Counted from the first letter of the stretch, positions 44,955 to 59,038 are shown. The stretch: DNA of 64,000 nucleotides from Eledone cirrhosa (GCA_964016885.1 OZ024760.1:21576001-21640000); one strand, 5' to 3'. Notes: generated by a model not told the origin, from the letters alone. Translations and numbers: made by a program.

Positions 44955-46120
44955 GTGTCACTCCAGGTAGAGCCACAACTTCTGAAAAGTCTTTGGAGTA
45001 ACGTTACTCGATAGAGTGCATAGTTCAGAGATCAGAGTGTCACTCCAGGTGGAGCCACAACTTCTGAAAAGTCTTTGGAGTAACGTTACTCGATAGAGTG
45101 CATAGTTCAGAGATCAGAGTGTCACTCCAAGTAGAGCCACAACTTCTGAAAAGTCTTTGGAGTAACGTTACTCGATAGAGTGCATAGTTCAGAGATCAGA
45201 GTGTCACTCCAAGTAGAGCCACAACTTCTGAAAAGTCTTTGGAGTAACGTTACTCGATAGAGTGCATAGTTCAGAGATCAGAGTGTCACTCCAAGTAGAG
45301 CCACAACTTCTGAAAAGTCTTTGGAGTAACGTTACTCGATAGAGTGCATAGTTCAGAGATCAGAGTGTCACTCCAAGTAGAGCCACAACTTCTGAAAAGT
45401 CTTTGGAGTAACGTTACTCGATAGAGTGCATAGTTCAGAGATCAGAGTGTCACTCCAAGTAGAGCCACAACTTCTGAAAAGTCTTTGGAGTAACGTTACT
45501 CGATAGAGTGCATAGTTCAGAGATCAGAGTGTCACTCCAAGTAGAGCCACAACTTCTGAAAAGTCTTTGGAGTAACGTTACTCGATAGAGTGCATAGTTC
45601 AGAGATCAGAGTGTCACTCCAAGTAGAGCCACAACTTCTGAAAAGTCTTTGGAGTAACGTTACTCGATAGAGTGCATAGTTCAGAGATCAGAGTGTCACT
45701 CCAAGTAGAGCCACAACTTCTGAAAAGTCTTTGGAGTAACGTTACTCGATAGAGTGCATAGTTCAGAGATCAGAGTGTCACTCCAAGTAGAGCCACAACT
45801 TCTGAAAAATCTTTGGAGTAACGTTACTCGATAGAGTGCATAGTTCAGAGATCAGAGAGTCACTCCAAGTAGAGCCACAACTTCTGAAAAGTCTTTGGAG
45901 TAACGTTACTCGATAGAGTGCATAGTTCAGAGATCAGAGTGTCACTCCAGGTGGAGCCACAACTTCTGAAAAGTCTTTGGAGTAACGTTACTCGATAGAG
46001 TGCATAGTTCAGAGATCAGAGAGTCACTCCAGGTAGAGCCACAACTTCTGAAAAGTCTTTGGAGTAACGTTACTCGATAGAGTGCATAGTTCAGAGATCA
46101 GAGTGTCACTCCAGATAGAG
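44955..46120. repeat. 82-bp minisatellite, 14 full copies plus a partial
   Basis: Unit starts at 44955, 45037 ... 46103 (14x82); near-identical copies; contains the palindrome gagtaacgttactc. Confidence 0.97.
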
Positions 46121-46540
46121 TCACTATTTCTCTAAATTGAGAGATCACAGCTCCGATACTTTGGGCATGTGGTTAGAATGTCTCAGGAAAGAATCGCTGG
46201 ACAGATTTTATGGGCGAAACCAACTAGCAGGAGACCCAAGGGTAGACCCTGAGAAAGATATGGTTGGATAATATTCATGAGCTCAGCTTCTTTCACTTGG
46301 GGATCCAGCCGGGTCAGTTGGAGATGGTTGCTTCTGACAGGACCCACTGGAAGGAGTGTTTGAGGACTCTGCCCCCATGACCCTCTCAGGAAGAAGAAGA
46401 AGAAGAAGAAGACAAGAAAAAGAAAAAGAAGCCAAGAAGAAGAAGAAGAAGATGAAGAAGAAGAAGAAGAAGAAGACAAGAACAAGAAGAAGAAGAAGAA
46501 GACAAGAAGAAGAAAAAGAAGAAGAAGACAAGAAGAAGTA
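46103..46540 (+). mobile_element. RTE-like LINE 3' end with (GAA)n tail
   Basis: IERSQLRYFGHVVRMSQERIAGQILWAKPTSRRPKGRP followed by a GAA-repeat tail. Confidence 0.85.
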
Positions 46541-46589
46541 TGCAGATGTAAGAATTCCATTCTTGCTATTATTAGCAGATTAGCAGATC

Positions 46590-46780
46590 GGGCAGTGTAT
46601 TGGCAGTATTGGTAGAGGGTTGAATGCCATGCTTTGCATAGAGTTACGGCCCTTTATGGTCTGAGTTCAAATTCCACCGAGGGTCACTTTGCCTTTCATC
46701 TTCATGGGGTCGATAAAATAAAGTACCAGTAATGCACTGGGTAATTTGCTGGCCTTGTGCCAAAAGTAGAAACAATTATT
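46590..46780 (+). mobile_element. tRNA-derived SINE (another + copy at 44510-44740)
   Basis: A-box-like tggcagtattgg, B box gagttcaaattcc, conserved body. Confidence 0.85.
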
Positions 46781-47839
46781 AGCAGATTTGTGAGAGTTTC
46801 AGGATTATCTACTGGCATTGGTTCCAGTTCTCTTCATTCTGAGTTCAAGTCCAGATGACATCAACGTTGCCTTTCATCCATCCGCGGGATAAAATAAAGT
46901 AACAGTGAAGTTCATATACAAAATACCTGTCCAGGTTTGCCGGATTTATGCAATTTCTTAGAGTATCACAGGTGATATTTTAAATTTTGTCTCTTTTTCT
47001 CTCTCTTGGTTCTTTGTCTTCTCTCTCTCGGCCCTTTCCTTTATGTCTCTCTCTCTCTCCCCCTCTCTTTTTCTCTCTCTCTTGGTCGTTTGCATTATGT
47101 CTCTCTCTCTCTCTCTCTCTCTTGTCTCTTTGCAATCTCTCTCTCTCTCTATGCACTCCTCCTAGTTAACCCACAATATCCCAGTTGCCAAATTTCATTG
47201 GTTTTTCACTCTCCCTAAAACAATATCTTTTACACACACAAATAAAACCTTGCTTAAGCTTGCCCATAGAGGAAAACTTTTCCCTTGGCACATACAGAGG
47301 GGACTCCTCTTAATGTTCCACAACATACAGAGAAGACCCTCTCCAGATGTCCCAAATCATACAGAGGAAACACTTCTCAATGTCTTTCAAGAAATAGAAA
47401 GAAGCCCCTCAGAATGTATATAGAGAGGAAAGCCTCACATAGAGAGGAAAGCCTCACAATATCTCTCAAAACATAGAGAAGACCCTTCTCAATGTCCCTC
47501 AAGACATAGAAAAGAGACCCTTCTCAATGTCCCTCAAGACATAGAAAAGAGACCTGTCTGAATGTCCCTCAAGACATAGAGAAGAGACCTGTCTTGATGT
47601 CCCTCAGGCTATAGACAGGAGACCTCTCTCACTATACATTTTTTATGGTAATAATATTGGAAATAATACATCCCCTCTCTCTGTAGCTCTTGTGTTAATG
47701 AAATAATTCATTATCATCATCCTCATCATCATCACTAGATCTATTCCATTTACCTAGTCACTTTCATCCTTCCTCAACACATGACCCAACCATCTCATTC
47801 CATTTCTCTTCACAACATTCATCACTGGTTCTATTCCCA

Positions 47840-47990
47840 TTTTATTAAGGCTAAATAGTGAGTCTTGTTACTGTGGAGATTTGACTGTATATCAGAGGGT
47901 CATCAGACAAGAACTCATCTTGAATGATGACCCTGTGATAAACGGGTGAAATTCCAGAGTAACAAGACTCACTATTTAGCCTTAATAAAA
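47840..47990. repeat. diverged palindromic element of the 528-714 family
   Basis: Inverted repeat with tcatcagacaaga and tgatgaccctgtgataaacgggtGAAAttccagaGTAacaaga. Confidence 0.75.
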
Positions 47991-48066
47991 TAAATATTAA
48001 AATTCTACTTCGATATTGAGTACACGTTTTTCTCAGCCATCAACCAAATCCGAATATATATATATT

Positions 48067-48595
48067 TTTTTTTTTTTTTTGGATCGATCGACTTTCGTCA
48101 AATCGGACCTAGGAAACAATGTTTCCGTTGGTCTTTCCAATTGCTATTACTATCTATCGGTCGCAACTCCAGGTAGAAGGAGCAACGTGAAATAAAGTGT
48201 CTTGCTCAAGGACATAACGCATCGCCCGGTTCAGGAATCGAACTCACAACCTTACGATTGTGAATCCAATTGTCTAACCACTCTGCCACACGCCTTCACT
48301 TATATATATATATACATACATATATATATATATACATATATATATACATATATATATACATATATACATACAGTGAAAGCGTGTGGCTGAGTGGTTAGAG
48401 AATTGAATTAGCAATCGTGAGATTGTTAGTTCAATTCCCGGACTAGGTGATGCGTTATGTCCTTGAACAAGACACTTTATTTCACATTGCTCCTTCTACC
48501 TGGAGTTGCGACCAATAGATAGTATTAGCAACTGGAAAGAGCAATGGAAACATTGTTTCCTCGGTCCGATTTGATTTGATGAAAGTGGATCGTTA
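48067..48595. mobile_element. head-to-head inverted pair of CORE-like tRNA SINEs
   Basis: 48067-48300 is the approximate reverse complement of 48372-48595; tggctgagtggttag A box, agttcaattcc B box, CORE-like ccttgaacaagacactt. Confidence 0.8.
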
Positions 48596-49311
48596 CTGAT
48601 ACATATGTATATATATATTTATATATTTATGTATAGATACATATATACATATATATTAATATATACATATATACATACACATATACATATATATTAATAT
48701 ATACATATATACATACACATATACACATATATATATACATATATATATATACATAATATATTAATATATACATATTTACATATATATATACATATATATT
48801 AATATATAAATATTTACATATATATATACATATATATATATACATATATATTAATATATACATATTTACATATATATATATACATATATATATACATATA
48901 TATTAATATATACATATACATATATACATATATATTAATATATACATATATACATATATATATACATATATATTAATATATATATATATACATATATATA
49001 CATATATATTAATATATATATATATACATATATATACATATATATTAATATATACATATATACATATATATATTAATATATACATATATACATATATATA
49101 TACATATATATTAATATATATATATATACATATATATACATATATATTAATATATACATATATACACATATATATTAATATATGGCGTCACGCAGTAATA
49201 CAGGGTACCCGACCTCCCATGGGTACATGCTGAAGCATATAAACAATATGCCCCCCCCCCCCCCACCGCAAGGTGGTCGTGGAGGTGCCACGGCAAAAAA
49301 GCACCCAGCCC

Positions 49312-49511
49312 NNNNNNNNNNNNNNNNNNNNNNNNNNNNNNNNNNNNNNNNNNNNNNNNNNNNNNNNNNNNNNNNNNNNNNNNNNNNNNNNNNNNNNNNN
49401 NNNNNNNNNNNNNNNNNNNNNNNNNNNNNNNNNNNNNNNNNNNNNNNNNNNNNNNNNNNNNNNNNNNNNNNNNNNNNNNNNNNNNNNNNNNNNNNNNNNN
49501 NNNNNNNNNNN
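49312..49511. other. assembly gap
   Basis: 200 N. Confidence 1.
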
Positions 49512-49768
49512 TATATATATAAATTATCATATATATAGATATAAATATTTATACACATATATATATATAGATATATACACATATATATATCTACATATTA
49601 TATCTATACTATACACATTTATATATATACATACATATTTATATATATACATACATCATTATATATATACATACATTATATATATATATATATATATACA
49701 CATATTATATATATACATACATATATATATACATACATATATATATATACATACATATTTATATATAT

Positions 49769-49813
<45 letters not shown>

Positions 49814-50041
49814 CATATTTATATATATACATACATATTTATATATATATACATACATATTTATATATATACATACATATATATATATATATATATACAT
49901 ACATATTTATATATATACATACATATATATATTATATATATATACATACATATTTATATATATACATACATATATATATATACATACATACATACATATA
50001 TACATACATACATATATATATATATATACATATATATATAC

Positions 50042-50088
<47 letters not shown>

Positions 50089-50330
50089 CATATATATTAT
50101 ATATATATATACATACATTACATATATATATATATATACATACATATATATATACATACATATATATATACATACATATATATTATATATATATATATAC
50201 ATACATATATATATATATATATACATACATATATATATACATACATATATATATATATATATATACATACATATATATATATATACATACATACATATAC
50301 ATATATATATATACATACATACATATATAT

Positions 50331-50401
<71 letters not shown>

Positions 50402-50402
50402 C

Positions 50403-50433
<31 letters not shown>

Positions 50434-50447
50434 CATAATATATATAT

Positions 50448-50500
<53 letters not shown>

Positions 50501-50513
50501 CATACATACATAC

Positions 50514-50610
<97 letters not shown>

Positions 50611-50617
50611 CATATAT

Positions 50618-50680
<63 letters not shown>

Positions 50681-50685
50681 ATACA

Positions 50686-50754
<69 letters not shown>

Positions 50755-50759
50755 ATACA

Positions 50760-50804
<45 letters not shown>

Positions 50805-50809
50805 ATACA

Positions 50810-50878
<69 letters not shown>

Positions 50879-50883
50879 ATACA

Positions 50884-50925
<42 letters not shown>

Positions 50926-50942
50926 CATATATATATACATAC

Positions 50943-51011
<69 letters not shown>

Positions 51012-51021
51012 TAATATATAT

Positions 51022-51054
<33 letters not shown>

Positions 51055-51081
51055 ATATATATATATAAATACTATACATAC

Positions 51082-51147
<66 letters not shown>

Positions 51148-51501
51148 ATACATATACATATATATACATACATATACATATATATACATACACATATATA
51201 TACATATATATACATACACATATATATATATACATACACATATATATATATACATACACATATATATATATACGTACATATATATATATATATACATACA
51301 TATATATATACATACATATATATATACATACATATATATACACATACATACATACATATATATATACATACATATATATACACATACATACATACATATA
51401 TATATATATATACATACATACATAAATATATATATACATACATACATATATATATATATACATACATACATACATACATATATACATACATACATACATA
51501 C

Positions 51502-51532
<31 letters not shown>

Positions 51533-51541
51533 CATACATAC

Positions 51542-51574
<33 letters not shown>

Positions 51575-51607
51575 CATACATATATATATATATACATACA
51601 TACATAC

Positions 51608-51641
<34 letters not shown>

Positions 51642-51912
51642 GTGTATGTGTACATACTTGAATATATACGTATACATATATATGTGTACATATTTTATTT
51701 GAATATGAGCTCCCCCCTTGGGCAGACCTTTCAAGTGACTCAAATCTTACAAGGGGCCTTATGTAAGGCCCCTATAATAGATACAAAACATTTAGAGTGC
51801 TCGATATATTTATAGTGAGGTGTGTAGAAGATAACTGAAATATGTATGTGTATATATACATATATATGTATGTATATATATATTTATATGTATGTATATA
51901 TATATATAATAT

Positions 51913-51957
<45 letters not shown>

Positions 51958-51968
51958 TATATATATAT

Positions 51969-52014
<46 letters not shown>

Positions 52015-52178
52015 TGTTGGAATATCTTTCAGTCTGAATACGACTTATACATTACCAAACTGATCCATATATATATATATAAATATATATGTGTACAGAC
52101 TAAAAAACAGTTATATATGTATATACACATGTGAATACATGTATATGTGAATGTATGTGCATGTGTACACAGACACAA

Positions 52179-52234
<56 letters not shown>

Positions 52235-52319
52235 GTGACTACATGTATATGTGAATGTGTGTGCATGTGAACGCACACACATGAATATATATACGCATGT
52301 ACATATATATATGTATATA

Positions 52320-52369
<50 letters not shown>

Positions 52370-52418
52370 TCATCATCGTCATCGTCATCGTGAAAGAACG
52401 GATTTAAAACGATGATGA

Positions 52419-52488
<70 letters not shown>

Positions 52489-52728
52489 ATATATATACAC
52501 ACACACACACGCATATATGTGAAACTTTAATTTTTACATATAAAATTCCCTCACGTACATGATTAAAATTCTTCTGTAGGAGTCCAAATTGTTTGATATC
52601 TACGAAGAGGAATTGTGGCTGTGTTTATTACATTTTGAATCTTCCTTTTAACTTTAAACACATTTAATATTGCGCATGATTAAGATAACAACACTGCTAC
52701 TACTAACAATAATAATAAGAACAACAAC

Positions 52729-52767
<39 letters not shown>

Positions 52768-53236
52768 TTCTTTATTTATTGATTTATTTATTTTTTTTTT
52801 TTTTAATAATAATAATAATAATAATTGTTTCTACTTTAGGCACAAGGCCAGCAATTACCCCAGTGCATTACTGGTACTTTATTTTATCGACCCCCCGTAA
52901 GGGTGAAAGGCAAGTCAACCTCGGCGGGATTTCAACTCAGATCGTAAAGGGACGTAACTCTATGCTGGAAAGCATGGCGTCCGACCCTCCACCGATACTG
53001 CCAATCCACCGCCCTAATAATAATAATAATAATAATAATAATATAATAATAATAATAATAATATATAATAATAATAATATATAATATATAATAATAATAA
53101 TTTATAATATAAATATAATAATAATAATAATAATAATAGTAATAATAATAAAAATTATTCCTGACAATAATAGTAGTAATAATAATAATAATAGTAACAA
53201 TAATGATTTCTGATTTAGGCACAATGCCAGCAAATG

Positions 53237-53267
<31 letters not shown>

Positions 53268-53573
53268 TAATAATAATAATGATTTCTTTATTAACCACAA
53301 GGGTTTACATAAAGTAGACATTAAGGACAGTGGCAGGACAATGCAGACGGTACAAATGGGCATTTCTGCGTGTAAAAAAACAAAAACAGAGGATGTAACA
53401 AAAATAACAATGAAAATAACAATAATAATAATAATGATTTTTAATTGGCCACAAGGGCTGACATCAAGAGAAACATTACAGACGGCACAGGATGGTACAG
53501 GACGGTACGATGTGGGTTTTGTGCGTGTAAATATTTTTATTATTTATATAAGAAAAAAAAAAAAGGACATAGA

Positions 53574-53616
<43 letters not shown>

Positions 53617-53852
53617 AATAAAAATGTTTATATAATAATAATGGTGGTAGAATTATGTTTTACTTATATTTTCTACAAGGGCCTCTACCACATACATATT
53701 TCATTTTTTTTTTTGAAATATGTATATACATATATATAAAATAGATAAATATTTTACAGACATGTTTAATTTTAAATGAAGGTCACATATTGTTTAGGAA
53801 TCGGGTACAGTGGAATGATTTTACATAAATATATACATAGTAACATATATAT

Positions 53853-53917
<65 letters not shown>

Positions 53918-54359
53918 CATACATACACACATATACATATATACATACACACATATACATATATATATATATATAATTTGAGTTCCAATGCATCACTGAT
54001 TTTTCGTTTTCCATTCTATATATATATGTATATATATACACATACATATATACATACATACACACATATACATATATATATATATATTTATATATATATA
54101 TATATACGAGTGGAAGGATAGTAGAATCGAAGCTGTGGCAGTCGGCCAATATATATCATATATATATATATAAATACATACACACATATACATACATACA
54201 CATATACATACATACATATATATACACAAATAAATACACACACATATATATATGTATATATACATATATACATACACATATATACGCTCCTAAAATATAC
54301 AGCCAGCCATACACACATACAATTCAAAACAAAACAACCACAACAACAACAACACTAAA

Positions 54360-55310
54360 AACAAGATGAAGAAACTGAAAAAGAAAAAGGGGAGGTGGAG
54401 GAGGCAGAATAAAAAATGAAACGTAAATGAAACAAAAGAGATGAAAGATAAAATTAGGTGAACAGGAATGAAAAAGGGGATGAAAGATAATAAAATTGAG
54501 ATCAAAATGAACGAAAGAGATGAAAAATAAAATTAGATGAACGGGAATGAAAAGGCGATGAAAGATAATAAAATTGAGACAAAAGTGAATGAAAGAGATG
54601 AAAGATAATTAAATTAAATGAGATGAAAATGAATGAAAGATAAGAGAAATGTGATGAAAAGGAATGAAATAGAGGATAAAAGATAATAAAAATGAGGCAA
54701 AAGAGGGATGAGAGATAACAAAAATGAGATAAAAACTTTTGAAAGAAAGGATGAAAGATAAAATAGATGAATAGAAATGAAAAGGGGGAAGAAAGATAAT
54801 AAAATTCTGATGAAAAGGAATGAAAGGGATGAAAGATAACATAAATGAAATGAAAATGAATGAAAGATAATAGAAATGTGATGAAAAGGAATGAACAGTG
54901 ATAAAAGATAATAAGAATTAGATGAAAGGAACAAAAGAGGGGATGGAAGATAAAAAGGAGTTGAAAAGGAAAGAAAGAGGAGGTGGAAGATAATAAAAAT
55001 TACATGAAAAGAAATGAAAGAGATAAAAGATAATAAAAATGACACGAGAATGAATGAAAGAAGAGGTGAAAGATAATAAAAATTAGATGAAAAGAAAGGA
55101 AAGCAATGAAATATAATAAACATGAGACGGAAATGAACGAAAGGGGAGGTGAAAGATAATAAAAATTAGATGAAAAGAAATGAAAGCGATGAAAGATAAT
55201 AAAAATGAGACGAAAATGAACGAAAGAGGATAAAAATTAGACGAAAAGAAATGAAAGAGATGAAAGATGAGATCAAAATGGATGGAAGGGGTGGGGTGAA
55301 AGATAATAAA
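54360..55310. repeat. degenerate purine-rich tandem repeat
   Basis: Recurring gatgaaagataataaaa motif; pyrimidine-rich on the gene strand. Confidence 0.75.
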
Positions 55311-55322
55311 ACTAACCCGTAC

Positions 55323-55465
55323 CGGTACCTGGGCTAAAGCTGGATGCTGGATGAGTGCAGCGTGGTGAATTGCTGTGGCTGTTGCTGGAGCCAGTTCTGG
55401 GTAGGCCAAAGGATGAGGAGTCCAGGCTTCAGGACTTCCGGGAAAAAATGCTGCACCTAATTCTT
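55323..55465 (-). CDS. cpo: cpo-like exon B (linker)
   Basis: ttccag|AA completes the phase-1 codon; encodes (Q)ELGAAFFPGSPEAWTPHPLAYPELAPATATAIHHAALIQHPALAQVP. Donor ambiguous (55329, 55323 or 55317, all phase 0). Confidence 0.88.
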
Positions 55466-55706
55466 CTGGAAAATGGAATTAGAGAGAAAAAAAAAAAGTA
55501 AAAAATAAACAACATAATAATATGAAAATAAAAAAAAGACAGAAAAACAACAAAAACAACATATCATCATCATGATCATAATTTAACATGTCTTACCTAC
55601 AAGCAAGGGTTGGATAGGTCTATATATATATATCAAGTCAGTTATCAAGGGGAGTTACTGACAGATACTATGAAATAGGAGTGAATCAGTTTTTACCATG
55701 TATAAG

Positions 55707-56177
55707 TGGAGGCACATAGCTTAGTGGTTAGAGCATTGGCCTTGCAATCGAAAGATCTGGGAGTTCAATTCTCAGACTGGGTGATGTGTTGTTTCCTTGA
55801 GCAAGACACTTTATTTCACATTGCTCCAGTTTACTCAGCTGTAGAAATGAGATGATAGGGACTGGGGTCCCTATCATTCCACTGCAAAGTGGTCGTGGAG
55901 GTGCCACGGCAAAAAAGCACCCAGCACTCACTGTAAATGAGGTTTGTGTTAGGAAGGGCATCCAGCTGTAGAAATTAGATGATAGGGACTGGGGTCCCTA
56001 TCATTCCACTGCAAAGTGGTCGTGGAGCTGCCACGGCAAAAAAAAAACACCCAGCACTCACTGTAAATGAGGTTGGTGTTAGGAAGGGCATCCAGCTGTA
56101 GAAATCAAGCCAGTATCAATTCCCGTCCCACCCTTGCAAGCAGGGAAAAGTGGACGTGAAATGATGATGATGATGAT
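55707..56177 (+). mobile_element. CORE-like SINE with internal duplication and (GAT)n tail
   Basis: tagcttagtggttagagc, gagttcaattc, ccttgagcaagacactt; ~130-bp duplication (55848/55976). Confidence 0.8.
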
Positions 56178-56423
56178 AAGTATAAAGAAAGTGCTCAGTG
56201 GAGAAACGTTATAGAGATAGCTTATAAAATAAGGTGATGACCCTTAAATGATGGAAAAAGAAGCTGCCATTGGCTGTTATGAAGAATTGAACCCCGTATC
56301 TTCTGAGTTCAATTCCTCATAGCGGCTGATGGCAGCTTCTTTTTCCATCTTTTAAGGGTCATCACCCTATTTTATAAGCTATTTTTTTTAGCATTTCTGC
56401 ATTTGGGCACTTTCTGTATACTT
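56177..56423. repeat. ~120-bp-arm inverted repeat
   Basis: tagcttataaaataaggtgatgacccttaaa... pairs with ...tttaagggtcatcaccctattttataagcta. Confidence 0.8.
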
Positions 56424-56439
56424 ATATACATATACATAC

Positions 56440-56491
<52 letters not shown>

Positions 56492-56555
56492 ATACATATA
56501 TATATATATATATGAGAATAAACGTGCTGCGGGGTTGCTAATGGGTTACATATGA

Positions 56556-56864
56556 ATAAAGTTAGTCCTTCATCAGTGATCTTCCAACCATCATTGGTAT
56601 TTCATCGCTTTAAAGACCATATACCTCCGGTTGGTGCGAGCAACGGCTAAAAAAAGTCGTTGGGACACGTAAAAAAAGGGGACACGAGTGTAAACAAACA
56701 AAAATGGTGAAGCAACGAAAAGTGAGGAAGAAGGAGTTGACTCCTTCTTCCTCACTTTTCGTTGCTTCACCATTTTTGTTTGCTCGCACCAACCGGAAGT
56801 ATATGGTCTTTAAAGCGATGAAATACCAATGATGGTTGGAAGATCACTGATGAAGGACTAACTT

Positions 56865-56866
<2 letters not shown>
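56556..56866. repeat. long palindromic element; third arm copy at 56930-57130
   Basis: Centre aagaaggagttgactccttctt; outer arms match except for a ~45-bp indel. Confidence 0.85.
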
Positions 56867-56896
<30 letters not shown>

Positions 56897-57478
56897 TATA
56901 TATATATATGTAAATATGATAATAATGGAGCTGCGGCGTTGCAAATGGGATACATATGAAAAAGTGAGTCCTTCATCAGTGACCCTCCAACCGTCCTAGG
57001 CATTTCATCGCTTTAAGGGCCATATACCTCAGGTTGGTGCGAACAACGGCTAAAAAAAGTCGTTGGGACACGTAAATAAAGAGAACGTTAGGGTGAACAA
57101 ACAAAATGGTTTAAGCAACAGAAAGTGATGAAGAAAGAGATAAGTCCCAGATTTCTATGAATATAAACTCGATAAAATCGTGAACTAGAGAATAAAGACC
57201 ATCAAACCTGGTTGAAATGTGAGCAAGGAAGGAATTTCGCACAGGTCTAACGGGGGGAAGAAGAAGGGGTCTGGTCTGCGAATTCGGTAAACATAAGTTC
57301 TGTGAAGACGCAGAAGAGAGAGAGAGAGAGAAAAAAAATTTTTCATACCGGCTTGGCCAAGAGTGCGCGAGAAAAGAAATCGGACAGGTCAAGCGGGAAG
57401 AAAGAGGAGAGGAGGAGAGGCAGTGACAGGGTATGAGTGAGTGAAAGTTGAGGAAGAGGCTAACAGATATACATATAT

Positions 57479-57581
<103 letters not shown>

Positions 57582-57680
57582 CACATATATATATATATAC
57601 ACATATATATATATATACATATATATACATATATATATATATATATACATATATACATATATATATATATACATATATAC

Positions 57681-57749
<69 letters not shown>

Positions 57750-57760
57750 CATATATATAC

Positions 57761-57799
<39 letters not shown>

Positions 57800-57828
57800 C
57801 ATATATATACATATATATATATATATAC

Positions 57829-57859
<31 letters not shown>

Positions 57860-57900
57860 CATATATACACACACATATATATATACATATATACACACAC

Positions 57901-57965
<65 letters not shown>

Positions 57966-58062
57966 CATATATATATACATATACATATATACACATATAT
58001 ACACACACACATATATATATATATATACATATATATATACATATACATATATACACATATAT

Positions 58063-58097
<35 letters not shown>

Positions 58098-58540
58098 CTC
58101 TCAGCACTTCAAAAGTCGAAAATTTGGCTTTGTACATTGTTTGCTAGTTTTTACTGTTTAATCAAGGAAGGGAAGGGAGTGGGGTGATGTACATGATCAT
58201 GTGGTCAGGGCCTGAGGTGGCAAACAGGAAGTGAGGATGGTGTCCTAAAACTGGAGACCTGGCCTGAACCCTTGCAATAGAAGGGACTCTTCTAAAGGCA
58301 CCCAAAGGCCTGATGGTGTTGTTAAACTCGGCAATGCAAAGTCCCCCCCCCCCCAACACCAGCTGTTCTGAGAGGTCAGTAGCCCCCCTCTGCTTCAGTA
58401 TTGGACTTGGTCTATGTAGATCTTCTATGAAAACTTGCAAGCAGGGAAAATAGACATTAAACAATGATGATGATCATCATGATCATCATGATCATCATCA
58501 TCATCATCACCGTTTTATATATATATATATATATACTCAC

Positions 58541-58679
58541 GCCCTGTTAGCGGGTGTATAATTGTAGGGTGTGTTGCTGCTGGTTGTGGAGACTGTTGCT
58601 TTGGCTTTGTGACTTTTGTGTTACTTTTAGCAAATTCTAGCCGGAGAGTCTGTGGCAAATCGGGATCAAATTTTACACC
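58541..58679 (-). CDS. cpo: couch potato/RBPMS-family RNA-binding protein, exon A (end of RRM1)
   Basis: ttccag|GGT...GGG C|gtgagt. 139 nt encoding GVKFDPDLPQTLRLEFAKSNTKVTKPKQQSPQPAATHPTIIHPLTG; FDP..PQTLRLEFAK.NTK is the Cpo/RBPMS signature. Ends in phase 1. Confidence 0.95.
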
Positions 58680-58705
58680 CTGGAAAAGAAATAACAACAA
58701 TAATG

Positions 58706-58751
<46 letters not shown>

Positions 58752-58754
58752 GGA

Positions 58755-58985
58755 CTTAAAGTGGGAGGTAAAAAGGTAAAAAGGATTTGGAACTGCCATG
58801 AAGTCAAAGTGGTCCCGATTGTCATAGGCGCACTAGGTACTATCTCAAAAAGTTTCCAGGGATGGTTAAAGAAAATTGGCCCCGCCCTGCTTTTTGGAAC
58901 ACTTCAAAAGGCATGCTTGCTGGGAACAGCAAGAACCCTCCGATACGTCCTGAATATCTGAGGCTGCAGGTAGTGGCTTGATATT
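58755..58985 (+). mobile_element. R4/Dong-like retrotransposon 3' fragment after (AAT)n
   Basis: RIWNCHEVKVVPIVIGALGTISKSFQGWLKKIG...LQKACLLGTARTLRYVL, the typical C-terminus after a restriction-like endonuclease domain. Confidence 0.8.
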
Positions 58986-59038
58986 CATTTCAACAAACTT
59001 TCCAGTTAACTAACATCAATGACTGAGACTCAAAGAAC

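Noticed and set aside
32616-46120. CRISPR-like appearance of the tandem arrays
   Set aside because: Units are contiguous with no unique spacers, there are no cas genes, and the context is eukaryotic.
46590-46680. tRNA gene candidates at A/B boxes
   Set aside because: These are heads of multi-copy SINEs, with no full cloverleaf.
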